Of a stretch of 64,000 bases of DNA, positions 1 to 9,575 are shown piece after piece. Numbering within the stretch: position 1 is the stretch's first letter; every line of letters starts with the position of its first letter. The DNA is from Candidatus Obscuribacterales bacterium (GTDB lineage: Bacteria > Cyanobacteriota > Vampirovibrionia > Obscuribacterales > Obscuribacteraceae): positions 576,001 through 640,000 of the forward strand of contig CBDDIJ010000005.1 in assembly GCA_965228855.1 (NCBI GenBank), read 5' to 3'. The translations under genes were made by a program, and so were the position numbers. The notes beneath the pieces were generated by a model that made no database searches, was not told where the DNA came from, and saw only the letters and a list, made by a program, of their open reading frames with translations.

Positions 1-197
1 TTTGGGTCAGTCAACGTGCTTTCTCGCGATGCCTATTTCCGCGAAACCTTTGAGAGGTTTTCATTGATGCCATAGGAGATTCATACCCAGATCCGCCGAG
101 AAGTAGCTATATCGGACCTTTCATAACCAGACGGTTACACAACCCGCCAAAATAGCCGCAAAAGGCTGACATGACCTTCGGCGAACCAGCTGCCGGA

Positions 198-300
198 GCG
201 GCACCGGTCTGACGAAACGCCGGTACCGCCCTGCCGCGGCACCGAATGAGACAATGCCGGTACCGCCCTGCCGCCTGCGGCTAGGACTCGGTACCGGCAT
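198..300. repeat. Cluster of short GC-rich direct and inverted repeats (REP-like)
   Basis: GCCGGTACCGCCCTGCCGC occurs at 219-237 and 256-274; GCGGCACCG at 198-206 and 236-244; ATGCCGGTACCG (254-265) is the reverse complement of 289-300. Lies just downstream of the 325-1041 gene. Confidence 0.6.
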
Positions 301-324
301 AATTTGAGAGGTGTGGAGTACGAA

Positions 325-1041
325 CTAGTTGGCGCCGCCGTGTCCGGGGCCAGGTCCCTTCTCCATCATTTTTCGCATCATTTGATGAAAAGGACTGGCA
401 CCACCGCGTTTCGGTCCTTCCACCATCGCTTTACGCAACTCCTTGCGTTGAGCACCTGTGAGAATCTGCATCATCTGGAGTTTGCTATCCATCTCGAGAT
501 TTGTCAGCTCGCTTTTAGCGCTGGCGATTTGATTTTGGAGCTTCTTCACGGCCTTCTCATCGATAGATTCCCTGGTGAGCTCGTCGCGAAGGTGGCGTTT
601 AGCAGTCATAAGCTCCAGCATCTTAGGACCACGAGCGTCGAGCACGCTGTTCTTGAGGCTGTAGAGCTTTTCGTACTGCTCGGAGGTCACGGCATTTTCG
701 CCCTCCAGCATGTTCAGCGGGCAACCGCCGCGTCCGCGGGCACCTACCGGGCAAGGACCACGTCCCCAACCGCCGGAACCACCGCGCATGGCGGCAATCA
801 CGTCCCCTGGGTTCGGAAGAGGCAGACTGAGAGCGATTTCACCACCACCCGATGGCGAAGAAGAGAAGTCAGGAATGCCTTCGCCCGTGGGAAGCGCATC
901 GGGCAGGTTCAAAACAATGTCGATTTCGCCCATATCGGACGAGTCGTCGGAATCCATTTGCGCAAAAGCAGGCTGCGAGACAAGCGCCATGGTCGAAACC
1001 ATCGAAAGCGCCGCCAGGTAGACTTTTGTCGATTTCAGCAT
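325..1041 (-). CDS. Spy/CpxP/ZraP-family (LTXXQ) periplasmic chaperone-like protein
   Basis: Signal-peptide-like start MLKSTKVYLAALSMVSTMALVSQPAFA; VTSEQ and LTGAQRKEL motifs flank a long helical hairpin; Gly/Met-rich tails. Start moved from 1098 to the ATG at 1041. Confidence 0.75.
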   Translation of the reverse strand: MLKSTKVYLAALSMVSTMALVSQPAFAQMDSDDSSDMGEIDIVLNLPDALPTGEGIPDFSSSPSGGGEIALSLPLPNPGDVIAAMRGGSGGWGRGPCPVGARGRGGCPLNMLEGENAVTSEQYEKLYSLKNSVLDARGPKMLELMTAKRHLRDELTRESIDEKAVKKLQNQIASAKSELTNLEMDSKLQMMQILTGAQRKELRKAMVEGPKRGGASPFHQMMRKMMEKGPGPGHGGAN

Positions 1042-1269
1042 CAATGAGACCTCAAAGAGAAATATGCGGTGACAATGTATAAGACGAAAGGTTCCCATAA
1101 AAAGTTCAATTGTTAACAGAATTTCCTCTGATTTAATTTGTTAAGGACGGATAATCATATTTTGGCCGCGAAACCCACTTGCGCGGCAAGTCCGATTTCG
1201 GCGCAATCTTGCCTGGTAACAGGCGAAAAACTATCGAATACCTTCTCGTTTCGGAAACCGCTCTCAACC

Positions 1270-2631
1270 ATGACAGACTCAAACTCTTCGGGCCCCGCCC
1301 AGGCTCAGGCATATGCAGCGCCCGCACAGGCGCGGACATCAGGGCTCGGATACCGCTGGGTCATCATCGGTCTCGGTTTCCTCATAACGCTGATCAACTA
1401 TATGGACCGCTCGGCGCTATCGTACGCGATCGGTCCGCTCAAGGCGGAGTTCGGGATCTCCGATTCGCAATACGGCATGGTGGCGGCGGCTTTCGCCGTT
1501 GGTTACATGATTATGACCACGGGCGGCGGAATGATGGTCGACCGCTGGGGAGCCCATCGAGTGTGGGCGGGTGCGGCACTGTTGTGGTCGCTATGCACAG
1601 CAGTAATGGGTCTGGCAGCCAATCTGCCGCTTCTATTCGCTTTTAGAACTTTGCTTGGTTTAGCCGAAGGTCCCCATTTTCCGGCTCTCACAAGAGTTGT
1701 CGCTGATTGGCTTCCGGCCAGCGAACGCGCGCGCGCCACAGCGATTGGTCTAGCAGCTGTGCCCATGGCGAACGTCATCGGAGCACCGTTCATCACCAAT
1801 CTGATTTCAGCTTTCGGCTGGAAGATCATGTTTGCGATTCTGGGCTCGCTAGGCGTGGGCTGGGCGGTCATCTGGTACTTCATGTACCGAGACTATCCGG
1901 AAAATTGTAAGCAAGTTTCCGATGAAGAGTTGAACTTGATCCGTGACGGGAAGCCCGTCGACAGAAGCAAATCGAGCGAACAAATGCGTTCGCACGAATT
2001 GCAACACGGCGGCACAACCTGGAAATTCATGCTGCTCAACCCGTCTTTGATGTCAAACAACTACGCCTTCTTCGCATTCGGGTATACGCTTTTCTTCGCG
2101 CTCACCTGGCTGCCAGGCTATTTCCAGAAACAGTTCGGCGCCAACCTGAAAGAAATCGGCGTGTTTCTCATTGCCCCCTGGCTCACCGCGGCAATCTTGC
2201 TCGCCCTGGCGGGTTTTCTCTCCGATTATCTCTGGAAGAAGACCGGCAGTATGCGCGTCGCTCGCTCGCACATGATCTGGATTTGCCAGTTGATCTCCGG
2301 ATTGTGTTTCATCCCGATGCTTTTCGTAGGCGACAATCGGGACCTTGCACTTATCGTTATTTCCCTTGGAATTGGTTTCGGCCTAATGCCAAATGCATGC
2401 TTCTATGCACTTAACTGCGACCTCGCGAAAGACCGGGCAGCGACCAGCCTTGGGCTAATGGACAGCTTTTTCGCGCTGGCAGGTATTCTGGCTCCTGTGC
2501 TGACGGGCTGGTTGTCCGACATGACGGGCGGTTTCAACGCGGCTTTCGGCCTGCTTATCTTCTTCACGCTGTCTTCGGTTGTCGCGGTCCTCGTGTTTCA
2601 GAGACCTGACCGAGAAACGCTTGCGGTTTAG
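1270..2631 (+). CDS. MFS transporter, anion:cation symporter (ExuT/GudP-like) family
   Basis: INYMDRSALS, FRTLLGLAEG and WLPASERARA motifs; about 12 hydrophobic segments. ATG at 1270 preferred over TTG at 1138. Confidence 0.88.
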   Translation: MTDSNSSGPAQAQAYAAPAQARTSGLGYRWVIIGLGFLITLINYMDRSALSYAIGPLKAEFGISDSQYGMVAAAFAVGYMIMTTGGGMMVDRWGAHRVWAGAALLWSLCTAVMGLAANLPLLFAFRTLLGLAEGPHFPALTRVVADWLPASERARATAIGLAAVPMANVIGAPFITNLISAFGWKIMFAILGSLGVGWAVIWYFMYRDYPENCKQVSDEELNLIRDGKPVDRSKSSEQMRSHELQHGGTTWKFMLLNPSLMSNNYAFFAFGYTLFFALTWLPGYFQKQFGANLKEIGVFLIAPWLTAAILLALAGFLSDYLWKKTGSMRVARSHMIWICQLISGLCFIPMLFVGDNRDLALIVISLGIGFGLMPNACFYALNCDLAKDRAATSLGLMDSFFALAGILAPVLTGWLSDMTGGFNAAFGLLIFFTLSSVVAVLVFQRPDRETLAV

Positions 2632-2774
2632 TTGCGAATTCTGCGGCGCACATCGTCCGGCATCATTTACTTTAAAACTCGCGGTCAGGCTCTAACGCCG
2701 GTTGGTTCAGGACTTGCGGATTAACTGCGTGTGAATCTGCTCCGGCAGGGAACGGGTGCAGAAGAATTCAAGGA

Positions 2775-3062
2775 CTAATCTTTGCTGGGCTCCTTGGAGC
2801 GTCTTTCGAGGTCTTCCAGCATCCGCTGCGAGAACTGGTAGTCATCTTCCATTGTGGAAACCTTGTGACGCAGGTCCTGAACCTCTTCTGTCAACATCAG
2901 CAGCTTCTGCTTGAGATCCTTGATTTCCTTGGCGCCGCTCTTCCGACCGCCGATGCGGTCGGCGATCGAGATAATAAGAGGTCGAAACGTAAGCACAGCC
3001 AGAATAAACGGCAAAACGATCAGCGCCACAACTCCGACTATTACTAAAACCGATGGGTCCAT
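2775..3062 (-). CDS. Small membrane-anchored coiled-coil hypothetical protein
   Basis: N-terminal TM helix VLVIVGVVALIVLPFILAVL followed by a heptad-rich charged region. Confidence 0.65.
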   Translation of the reverse strand: MDPSVLVIVGVVALIVLPFILAVLTFRPLIISIADRIGGRKSGAKEIKDLKQKLLMLTEEVQDLRHKVSTMEDDYQFSQRMLEDLERRSKEPSKD

Positions 3063-3305
3063 TGACAATTTCTTACCGTTACTACTTTGCAATTCCTGCT
3101 TCAGGCGCTGGCGCCTTCTTCAACTCTACAACACTTCTGGTTGTCGAGCAGAATCAGTTAACACTGGCTAATTTCTAATGCAAAAAAAACTCACAGGCGC
3201 TACAACAATACAGTCTATATACGAATTCGGAACCTAAATGTTCGCAGGCTCCTTGCTGCCCGTCCGAGCTCACGTTAGCGATTTCCCTTCAATAGCTTTT
3301 TAGAC

Positions 3306-4355
3306 ATGCGAAAGATTATTCGACTAGCATCAAATGTGGTATCAACATCGGCGCTTGCCTTCCTCTTTACCTGCGCCACCACAGATAGTGCGCTTGCGAA
3401 AGTAGCCGTAACCGCGGGTCATACGTTCAGCGGTTACTCTCATCATTACGGTGACCACCTTCATGGACGCCGCACATCGTCTGGCCAGCCGCACAACAAA
3501 TTTAAACTTACTTGCGCGCATAGAACACTTCCATTCGGCACACACTTGCATGTGACGAATACTAAAAACGGCAAATCGTGTGTTGTCGTTGTAAATGATC
3601 GCGGACCTTTCGGCAGTCCCAGCCTTGTTCTGGACGTGTCGAAAGCCGCCGCCCATGCGCTCGGATTTCCTGGCGGCGGAAAAATCCCAATCTCCGCTCG
3701 CGTATTAGATAAGCAAGAAGGCGCGGAGGGACTGAAGCAGTCGCATCAGTGTCATGCTGTAAGGGACTACATTACTCAGAACGCCGACGCCGCAACCATT
3801 GCTGCGCTGCCACCGAAAACGGTTCCCGCGGCGCTACTACCGGTGAAGATGGAACCAGCTTCGGAGACGGTTAAAACAGTTACTGCAGTCGTGAAACCGC
3901 CGATCTCTAAGACCGAAGAAAAGCCGACAGCTGTAGCAACTATCAGTCCAAAAACCGCTGTTGACACAACCAGAGCTATTGCGAGCACCGGTTCGAAACC
4001 AGCTGCCGAAGCCACCAAAGCTATTGCGAACATCGGTTCGAAACCAGCTGCCGAAGCCACCAAAGCTATTGCGAGCCTTCCTGCCAATTCCGTTGCAAAC
4101 CGAACTCCCCACAAGGGTGTCGAGCAGCCGGAAGCGCCAGAAACAACGTTTCTTCTGGTTATAAACGACGCACTCGAAAACGATAAGAGCGTGCAGCACA
4201 CCGCAAAAACAGCAGAATACAGCACGACTGCTCGGCACGCGAATTACGCGCCAACAGTGTTTATGCCGATGACCGAGCAAACCAACCTCGAGGTCCCGGC
4301 ACAGAAGAAGCCCTCTACCGCACGCGCGATCCCGGAAGGGCAAACCTTGATGTAG
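3306..4355 (+). CDS. rlpA: RlpA-family (DPBB) lytic transglycosylase with low-complexity C-terminal tail
   Basis: Signal peptide, then HGRRTSSG, TCAHRTLPFGT, VVVNDRGPF and LDVSKAAAHALG motifs; Ala/Thr/Pro/Lys-rich tail with no SPOR domain evident. Confidence 0.85.
   Translation: MRKIIRLASNVVSTSALAFLFTCATTDSALAKVAVTAGHTFSGYSHHYGDHLHGRRTSSGQPHNKFKLTCAHRTLPFGTHLHVTNTKNGKSCVVVVNDRGPFGSPSLVLDVSKAAAHALGFPGGGKIPISARVLDKQEGAEGLKQSHQCHAVRDYITQNADAATIAALPPKTVPAALLPVKMEPASETVKTVTAVVKPPISKTEEKPTAVATISPKTAVDTTRAIASTGSKPAAEATKAIANIGSKPAAEATKAIASLPANSVANRTPHKGVEQPEAPETTFLLVINDALENDKSVQHTAKTAEYSTTARHANYAPTVFMPMTEQTNLEVPAQKKPSTARAIPEGQTLM
3974..4076 (+). repeat. 45-bp in-frame tandem repeat (about 2.3 copies) inside rlpA
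   Basis: Units start at 3974, 4019 and 4064 and encode AIA[SN][TI]GSKPAAEATK. Confidence 0.9.
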
Positions 4356-4430
4356 TCGCTTTACTTGATCTTCGTGACTGCTACAATGAAATGTACTCTA
4401 AACCAGATAGAACCTGGAGAACACTAGTAG

Positions 4431-6569
4431 TTGCGCCGTCGCAAGCAAGAATACGAATTCGAGTCTGACCCTAATCGGTACAATCGGCTCAAAAGTTTCA
4501 ACAATGTCAAACCTGTGTTTGACAGCTTTTGGATGGTTGTTCGAGTAACCGTAACCAGCGTCACGCTGCTAGTGACCTTTGGTGTCTGTGTCCTCATGAT
4601 GCTTGTATGGATCCATCTGGCGAAGGTTCCGAACATCTCGATACTGGAGAATTATCACCCGGGCGCATCAATATCGGTCTACGATATTGATGACAAGCTG
4701 ATTTGCGTATTTCCGGAGAAGGAAAAACGCGAGGTAGTTTCGCTAGAAAAAATTTCCAAGAATCTAATTGTGGCGGTCCTCGCGCAAGAAGATCACTATT
4801 TTTACGATCACCACGGTGTAAGCGCTGAAGGTGTTTTGCGAGCGGCTCTTGCAAACGTCACTGCAAGAAAGCAGGTGCAGGGCGGTTCTACGCTCACACA
4901 GCAGTTGGTGAAAAACGTTTTCTTCCCGAATGAGAACAGAACCATTCCGCTGAAGCTGGCTGAGGGTCTTGTCGCCTCGCAGATTGAAAATCGCTACTCG
5001 AAAGAACGGATTCTGGAACTCTACTTAAACCAGATCTACTTCGGCCAGGGCGCTTACGGAGCAGAGCAAGCGGCAAAAACATATTTCGCGAAATCGGCAA
5101 TAGATCTCTCAGTCGCGGAATCTGCGTTCCTAGCCGGTTTAATTAAGTCGCCGTCTCAACTTGGTGAACGCTCACATCGGCTGGCGGCGCTGAAGTCGCA
5201 GCAGTCCGTCGTTCGAAAGCTTCTCGAGTACGGTTTCATAACCGAACGAGAAGCATGGGACGCTGCACATACACAATTGGTTTTCAAAACAGCACCGCCG
5301 GCGGCGTCAGTTAAACAGTTCGTTCCAAAGTATCCGTACTATTCGAATTATGTTGCGAAGCTGGTCGAAGATACGGTGCAATTCAGACGGCATGCGCGTT
5401 TAAAAGTCTATACCAACCTCGATCAGCAGGCTCAAAAAACCGCCGAAAAGGTTTTAAACGAATACCAGCATCGTTTACCTGCGGGGCTGGATCAGTCGGC
5501 ATTGGTTTCCATGCGTTTAAACGACGGAGCTGTTGTCGCTATGGTTGGCGGCATCGGAAACTATCTGGATAATCAGTGGAATTCGGCTGTACATCCTCAC
5601 ACCATGGGGTCGGTCTTCAAACCTTTTGTATACCTGACCGCATTCGAACAGCAGCTTCTAACCCCGTCCAGTTCCATTTCCGACGCACCACTCATGGTGC
5701 TCGACGATGGCGACAAAGTATGGGAACCGCAGAATTTCGACAAGAAGTTCATGGGGCTGATCACAGTTGAGCAGGCGCTCGCCTATTCGAGGAACGTCTG
5801 TAGCGTCAGAGTCGCACAGCAAACCGGTATCAGGCCGATTATGGATACGGCTCGTCGCGCGGGGATAAGCGAAACGTTAGCTCCGACTCTCGCGCTCTCT
5901 CTAGGCAGTTCGGCAGCATCTCCAGTTTCAATGGCGACCGCTTACGGAACAATCGCACGCGGCGGAATGTTCATGGAGCCTCAATTTATTCGACGCATTG
6001 AAGACGAGCACGGCAAGGTCATTTCAAAGGTCGAGCCGAATTCTGCGAGAGTGCTCGATCGCGACTCAACTATAAAGATCGTCGAAATTTTGAAGAAAGT
6101 GGTGGACGGCGGTACTGGAACACACGCGAAACTACCCGGAATACAGGTCGCGGGCAAGACGGGCACAGCAAACGAAGCAAAGGATCTCTGGTTCGTCGGC
6201 TTCACTCCGGATCTGGTCACCGCGGTCTGGACCGGCAACTCTGAAAACAAGTCTGTACCGGGTGGCAAGAACGTCACCGGGGGCACTGTCTCAGCGGTCA
6301 TGTGGAAGCGTTATAACCAGGCGTACTACAGTGCTCACGGTAAGCCGCAGTCGACGCTCATCGGTGGCGACAACACCGCGCTGCAACCAATGAGGTCCAA
6401 CGACGTCAGCAAAATGCAGCCAATCATTGCCTCGCCTGACACTCAGGCTATCCTGGATCGTCAGGCCGGGCGAGTCCCTGTCCAGAGGCGGGTTGTGGCG
6501 CCTTCAAAACCGGTGAAGCAAACGGGCACCGGCGTCTCAGAGTACACCTGGCAAGAGCCGATTCATTAA
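4431..6569 (+). CDS. Class A penicillin-binding protein (PBP1A-type transglycosylase/transpeptidase)
   Basis: TM anchor; GT51 motifs EDHYFYDHHG, GGSTLTQQLVKN and KERILELYLN; transpeptidase motifs SVFK, SRN and KTGT. Confidence 0.93.
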   Translation: MRRRKQEYEFESDPNRYNRLKSFNNVKPVFDSFWMVVRVTVTSVTLLVTFGVCVLMMLVWIHLAKVPNISILENYHPGASISVYDIDDKLICVFPEKEKREVVSLEKISKNLIVAVLAQEDHYFYDHHGVSAEGVLRAALANVTARKQVQGGSTLTQQLVKNVFFPNENRTIPLKLAEGLVASQIENRYSKERILELYLNQIYFGQGAYGAEQAAKTYFAKSAIDLSVAESAFLAGLIKSPSQLGERSHRLAALKSQQSVVRKLLEYGFITEREAWDAAHTQLVFKTAPPAASVKQFVPKYPYYSNYVAKLVEDTVQFRRHARLKVYTNLDQQAQKTAEKVLNEYQHRLPAGLDQSALVSMRLNDGAVVAMVGGIGNYLDNQWNSAVHPHTMGSVFKPFVYLTAFEQQLLTPSSSISDAPLMVLDDGDKVWEPQNFDKKFMGLITVEQALAYSRNVCSVRVAQQTGIRPIMDTARRAGISETLAPTLALSLGSSAASPVSMATAYGTIARGGMFMEPQFIRRIEDEHGKVISKVEPNSARVLDRDSTIKIVEILKKVVDGGTGTHAKLPGIQVAGKTGTANEAKDLWFVGFTPDLVTAVWTGNSENKSVPGGKNVTGGTVSAVMWKRYNQAYYSAHGKPQSTLIGGDNTALQPMRSNDVSKMQPIIASPDTQAILDRQAGRVPVQRRVVAPSKPVKQTGTGVSEYTWQEPIH

Positions 6570-6605
6570 ACCAAAATATCACTACGTGGTCCTACGCAAC
6601 TTTGC

Positions 6606-6633
6606 TTGACTACCCTTTTCACGAGAGTAAGAT
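6606..6633 (+). promoter_or_regulatory. Putative sigma70 promoter for the 6689 gene
   Basis: TTGACT-16 bp-TAAGAT, about 55 bp upstream of the ATG. Confidence 0.4.
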
Positions 6634-6688
6634 GGGGTGAATAAAGCAAGGAAGCCTAAGGCAATAGCGGCACGAGCAAATAAATAAA

Positions 6689-7261
6689 ATGATGTTCTCT
6701 CACCCCCCCGCCGAACAAATTCGGAAAACTATCTCTGACTTTACTGAAGTACAGACTCCACCAGCCCAACACCACAAAGCATGCGCATGCTGCCAGCCAG
6801 CAAAAGCGAAATCAGATTTTAGTGATCTGAAAATGCTCGGTGTTGTCGTTTTCGCAGTGACACTAGTACTGGTGGCACTGAATGCGTATCAACGCGACAT
6901 GGTCAACAACGATCTCTCCCTCGGCAACAAGCAAAGCAATCTCGCAGAGGCTCCGGGAGGAAGTATCGCTGGTCCCGGCATGGGCAGCACTATCGGAGGC
7001 AGTATCGGCAGCAATATGACTGCGCAACAAACTGCCAACTGGGGACCTGGCGCGACTCAAGCAGCCGAGATGTCGTTCCCAACTAAAGCGCCAACCCAGC
7101 AAGGTGTAATGTATTACACGGCGCCGACACATCAGCAGTATGCAATGGTGCCGATGCACTCTATACGGCCGAGCGAGCCGACCATGCAAATCATGGCCGT
7201 TCCATTCGACAACGGAAAAGGCGCAATCGTTCACCGTTTAAAACGCGTTGTCGGTCGATAA
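6689..7261 (+). CDS. Hypothetical single-pass membrane protein with His/Cys cluster
   Basis: HHKACACC motif, a TM segment (MLGVVVFAVTLVLVAL) and a Gly-rich C-terminal region; followed by a hairpin. Confidence 0.6.
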   Translation: MMFSHPPAEQIRKTISDFTEVQTPPAQHHKACACCQPAKAKSDFSDLKMLGVVVFAVTLVLVALNAYQRDMVNNDLSLGNKQSNLAEAPGGSIAGPGMGSTIGGSIGSNMTAQQTANWGPGATQAAEMSFPTKAPTQQGVMYYTAPTHQQYAMVPMHSIRPSEPTMQIMAVPFDNGKGAIVHRLKRVVGR

Positions 7262-7290
7262 GCAAACCAGGAAATCTGATAAACCACCAG

Positions 7291-7315
7291 AGGCGCGGCT
7301 CCAGGTCGCGCCTTT
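7291..7315 (+). terminator. Putative intrinsic terminator hairpin
   Basis: AGGCGCGGC-loop-GTCGCGCCT followed by a short T run, 30 bp after the stop at 7261. Confidence 0.45.
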
Positions 7316-7489
7316 ACCGCGCCTTCAGTATGAAAACGCGACGTTTGAGCGGACTACCGTGCGCTGGAGGTGACCCCTGTTCCGCCACCGCGCCCCATCT
7401 TCCGCACCGCGTCCTCTTCGTCACCGAGACCAACATAAGAAGTTTCCGCCAGGTGTATGTATCGCCGGTCGTGTGCAACCGCTGAATAC

Positions 7490-8080
7490 CTAAGCGACCA
7501 TCGAGCTTGCCACCGGTTTTCTGTTTGCAAAGGCATCGCCTGTGATACCAACGCCGCCGAGGACTTGACCGTAAGCATCTTTCAATTCGACCCAGCGAAT
7601 GTATGTTGGAGCTGTATCTCCATTTTGTGCGAAGAACTTCTTGGCGTTTGTTTCGAACGCTTCGTTCCGGCTGATTTCAAGCTTCATTCCGTTTGGTAAT
7701 TTTGCGGTGATGTCTTCAGCCAGGCTATCAGCCGCAGCCGCTCCACCAGCCTTGAGTTGGTGTTCGATTGCTGCGCGTAAAGTCTGACCTGCCATACTGT
7801 TAATGCTGAGGTTTCCGGAGGCGAGTTGACGTGCGGTGAAATCGACGACACGTCCACGAGCAGCCTGGGTTTCATCTACTAATTGAACAGGATGCACAGC
7901 GTCACTGACTCTAAGCGCTGCTCTGTTCTTCTCAAAAACTTGGTTTGCGTCTCTTTCGGTCATGTTCGGCATCAGATTGTTAGATGCCGTATCGCTACTT
8001 GTTCTACCCGAGCCATCATTGGCATCGTAAGTCGAACGGAACTCGATCCGCCCTGCTGCTACCATATTTGAATTCCCCAT
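7490..8080 (-). CDS. Hypothetical protein
   Basis: About 196-codon ORF with protein-like composition; no recognised motif. Start uncertain (8080, 8065 or 8125). Confidence 0.55.
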   Translation of the reverse strand: MGNSNMVAAGRIEFRSTYDANDGSGRTSSDTASNNLMPNMTERDANQVFEKNRAALRVSDAVHPVQLVDETQAARGRVVDFTARQLASGNLSINSMAGQTLRAAIEHQLKAGGAAAADSLAEDITAKLPNGMKLEISRNEAFETNAKKFFAQNGDTAPTYIRWVELKDAYGQVLGGVGITGDAFANRKPVASSMVA

Positions 8081-8138
8081 GCACAACTGAATACATGTAT
8101 ACGGGGAGCGGAATTTTTCCGACAACTTTCGATCGCGT

Positions 8139-9557
8139 TTAATCTAAATATCGAAAGGAACCACCGCCGCGCCATTGCAACAGTTTGGAAACGCCCGACT
8201 GTTCGCCATCTAAGACGTTCTGCATGCGACGCAAGGTGCAAGTACCGAAATGATCTCCGCTTTCGACTCCGATCCACCGCCGTTTCATCTTGTGTGAAAC
8301 AGCCGGAGCTGTTGCACTGCCAGAGAACAGATCGAGAACAAGGTCGCCCGGCTCAGTGCAAAGCGAAACTAATCGGAACAGCAGATGTTCGGGCTTCTTA
8401 CTGCGAGAAAACTCCACACCGCCCTCGTTGGCAAGGTCCGCCTTAGGTATTTCTCCATGAGACCAGAAATCCGTTAGCTTGTTGCGCTTCACGATACCGT
8501 CAGGCGTAAGCGCACTCGAATCCTTCAGCCAAGCACACAACTCCCCATTCCAATAGTAGAGGGTTTTCTGTTCGCCCTTGTATCGTCCACGAGCCGGCAC
8601 ATAATCAAGGCTGTAAAACTCATCCTTCTGCAATCGAGCGATCACGTCGTTCTGGAATGTATTTTCCTTCTGGACATTCTGCGTGCGAAAAATTTTCTCG
8701 AACGATTCCTTATATAGAGACTCAATCTCGTCTCGCCTCGATTCGAATTTGCGAATTGAAATGTTGTCGATGCGAACGCCACTGTGCTTGTAAAGTCGCG
8801 CGATCCCCGTTTGACCGGTTATCTCTGCGACCAGGTCGCGCTCTCCTTCATCGACCAGAACTTTGTTATAACGACGCATCACTTCTTTGTCGATTGGTCG
8901 CGTGTTGCCTACATCATTCAATTGGCGCTTGTCGAAACTATAAATCAACACGTATTCTTTCGTATTTAGAATCGCACCGCTTTGTCCGAGGCCTGCGCTT
9001 CCCGAACGCTCGTACGCGATGCAGGCAACAAAATACTTCTCGCCGACCACTTCATCCATCAAAATCCGAAGGTAGGGCATCTCCGAGTCATCGATGCTGG
9101 CGCATATTGATCCGTTTTCAGCAAGCATCGGCAGCACAAGTTGCAAGCGCAAGCGCATCATCGCCAACCACTCAGCTCGCTCAAACTTATCGTTGTACGA
9201 ACGCAGTTTGTAGCCTGTGTTGTAGGGCGGATCTAAATAGAGAAACCGCACTTGTCCTTGTAATACTTGCGAATAAGAACGCAAGAATCGTTCATTATCG
9301 TCGTGAACCAGAACTCCGCAAGCCTCCGACGGTCCGGTCCCATTCGCCACCATATCCGATGGCACGGCTAACCGTCCGCCTCGCGCATCGACGAGCGAGG
9401 TAAATAGAGCCCAGCCTGATGACGATTTGCCAGATTCCGACGCAAGGTGCGTTGGGTTCATGTTTTGAACGCTGCCAACCTCATCAGTGATACCGTTCAC
9501 GTTCTGAACGTCATCTCTGACCGCGTCGTCATCTATTGGAGCTGAGTTGGAGCGCAT
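8139..9557 (-). CDS. Beta-class adenine DNA methyltransferase (type III Mod-like), no Res partner nearby
   Basis: YLDPPYNTG catalytic motif precedes the LDLFSGSAT SAM-binding motif; KKPEHLL, SIDDSE and C-terminal WRGGGSF segments as in Mod proteins. Confidence 0.88.
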   Translation of the reverse strand: MRSNSAPIDDDAVRDDVQNVNGITDEVGSVQNMNPTHLASESGKSSSGWALFTSLVDARGGRLAVPSDMVANGTGPSEACGVLVHDDNERFLRSYSQVLQGQVRFLYLDPPYNTGYKLRSYNDKFERAEWLAMMRLRLQLVLPMLAENGSICASIDDSEMPYLRILMDEVVGEKYFVACIAYERSGSAGLGQSGAILNTKEYVLIYSFDKRQLNDVGNTRPIDKEVMRRYNKVLVDEGERDLVAEITGQTGIARLYKHSGVRIDNISIRKFESRRDEIESLYKESFEKIFRTQNVQKENTFQNDVIARLQKDEFYSLDYVPARGRYKGEQKTLYYWNGELCAWLKDSSALTPDGIVKRNKLTDFWSHGEIPKADLANEGGVEFSRSKKPEHLLFRLVSLCTEPGDLVLDLFSGSATAPAVSHKMKRRWIGVESGDHFGTCTLRRMQNVLDGEQSGVSKLLQWRGGGSFRYLD

Positions 9558-9575
9558 TCGATGCTCCTTGCGACT

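Noticed and set aside
1..84. Possible gene start at the left edge
   Set aside because: Minus-strand ATG frames close within about 20 codons; too little sequence to call.
198..300. Possible mini CRISPR array
   Set aside because: Only two 19-bp copies with an 18-bp gap, too short for CRISPR repeats and spacers, and no cas genes.
304..1047. 247-aa plus-strand ORF
   Set aside because: Antisense shadow of the Spy/CpxP-like gene; no motifs of its own.
3974..4076. Tandem repeat as a phase-variation or mobile signal
   Set aside because: The 45-bp unit is in frame within a low-complexity linker, so copy-number change would not shift the frame.
7490..9557. Methyltransferase plus downstream ORF as a restriction-modification or defence pair
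   Set aside because: The downstream ORF shows no PD-(D/E)xK, HNH or helicase motifs; not supportable without a profile search.
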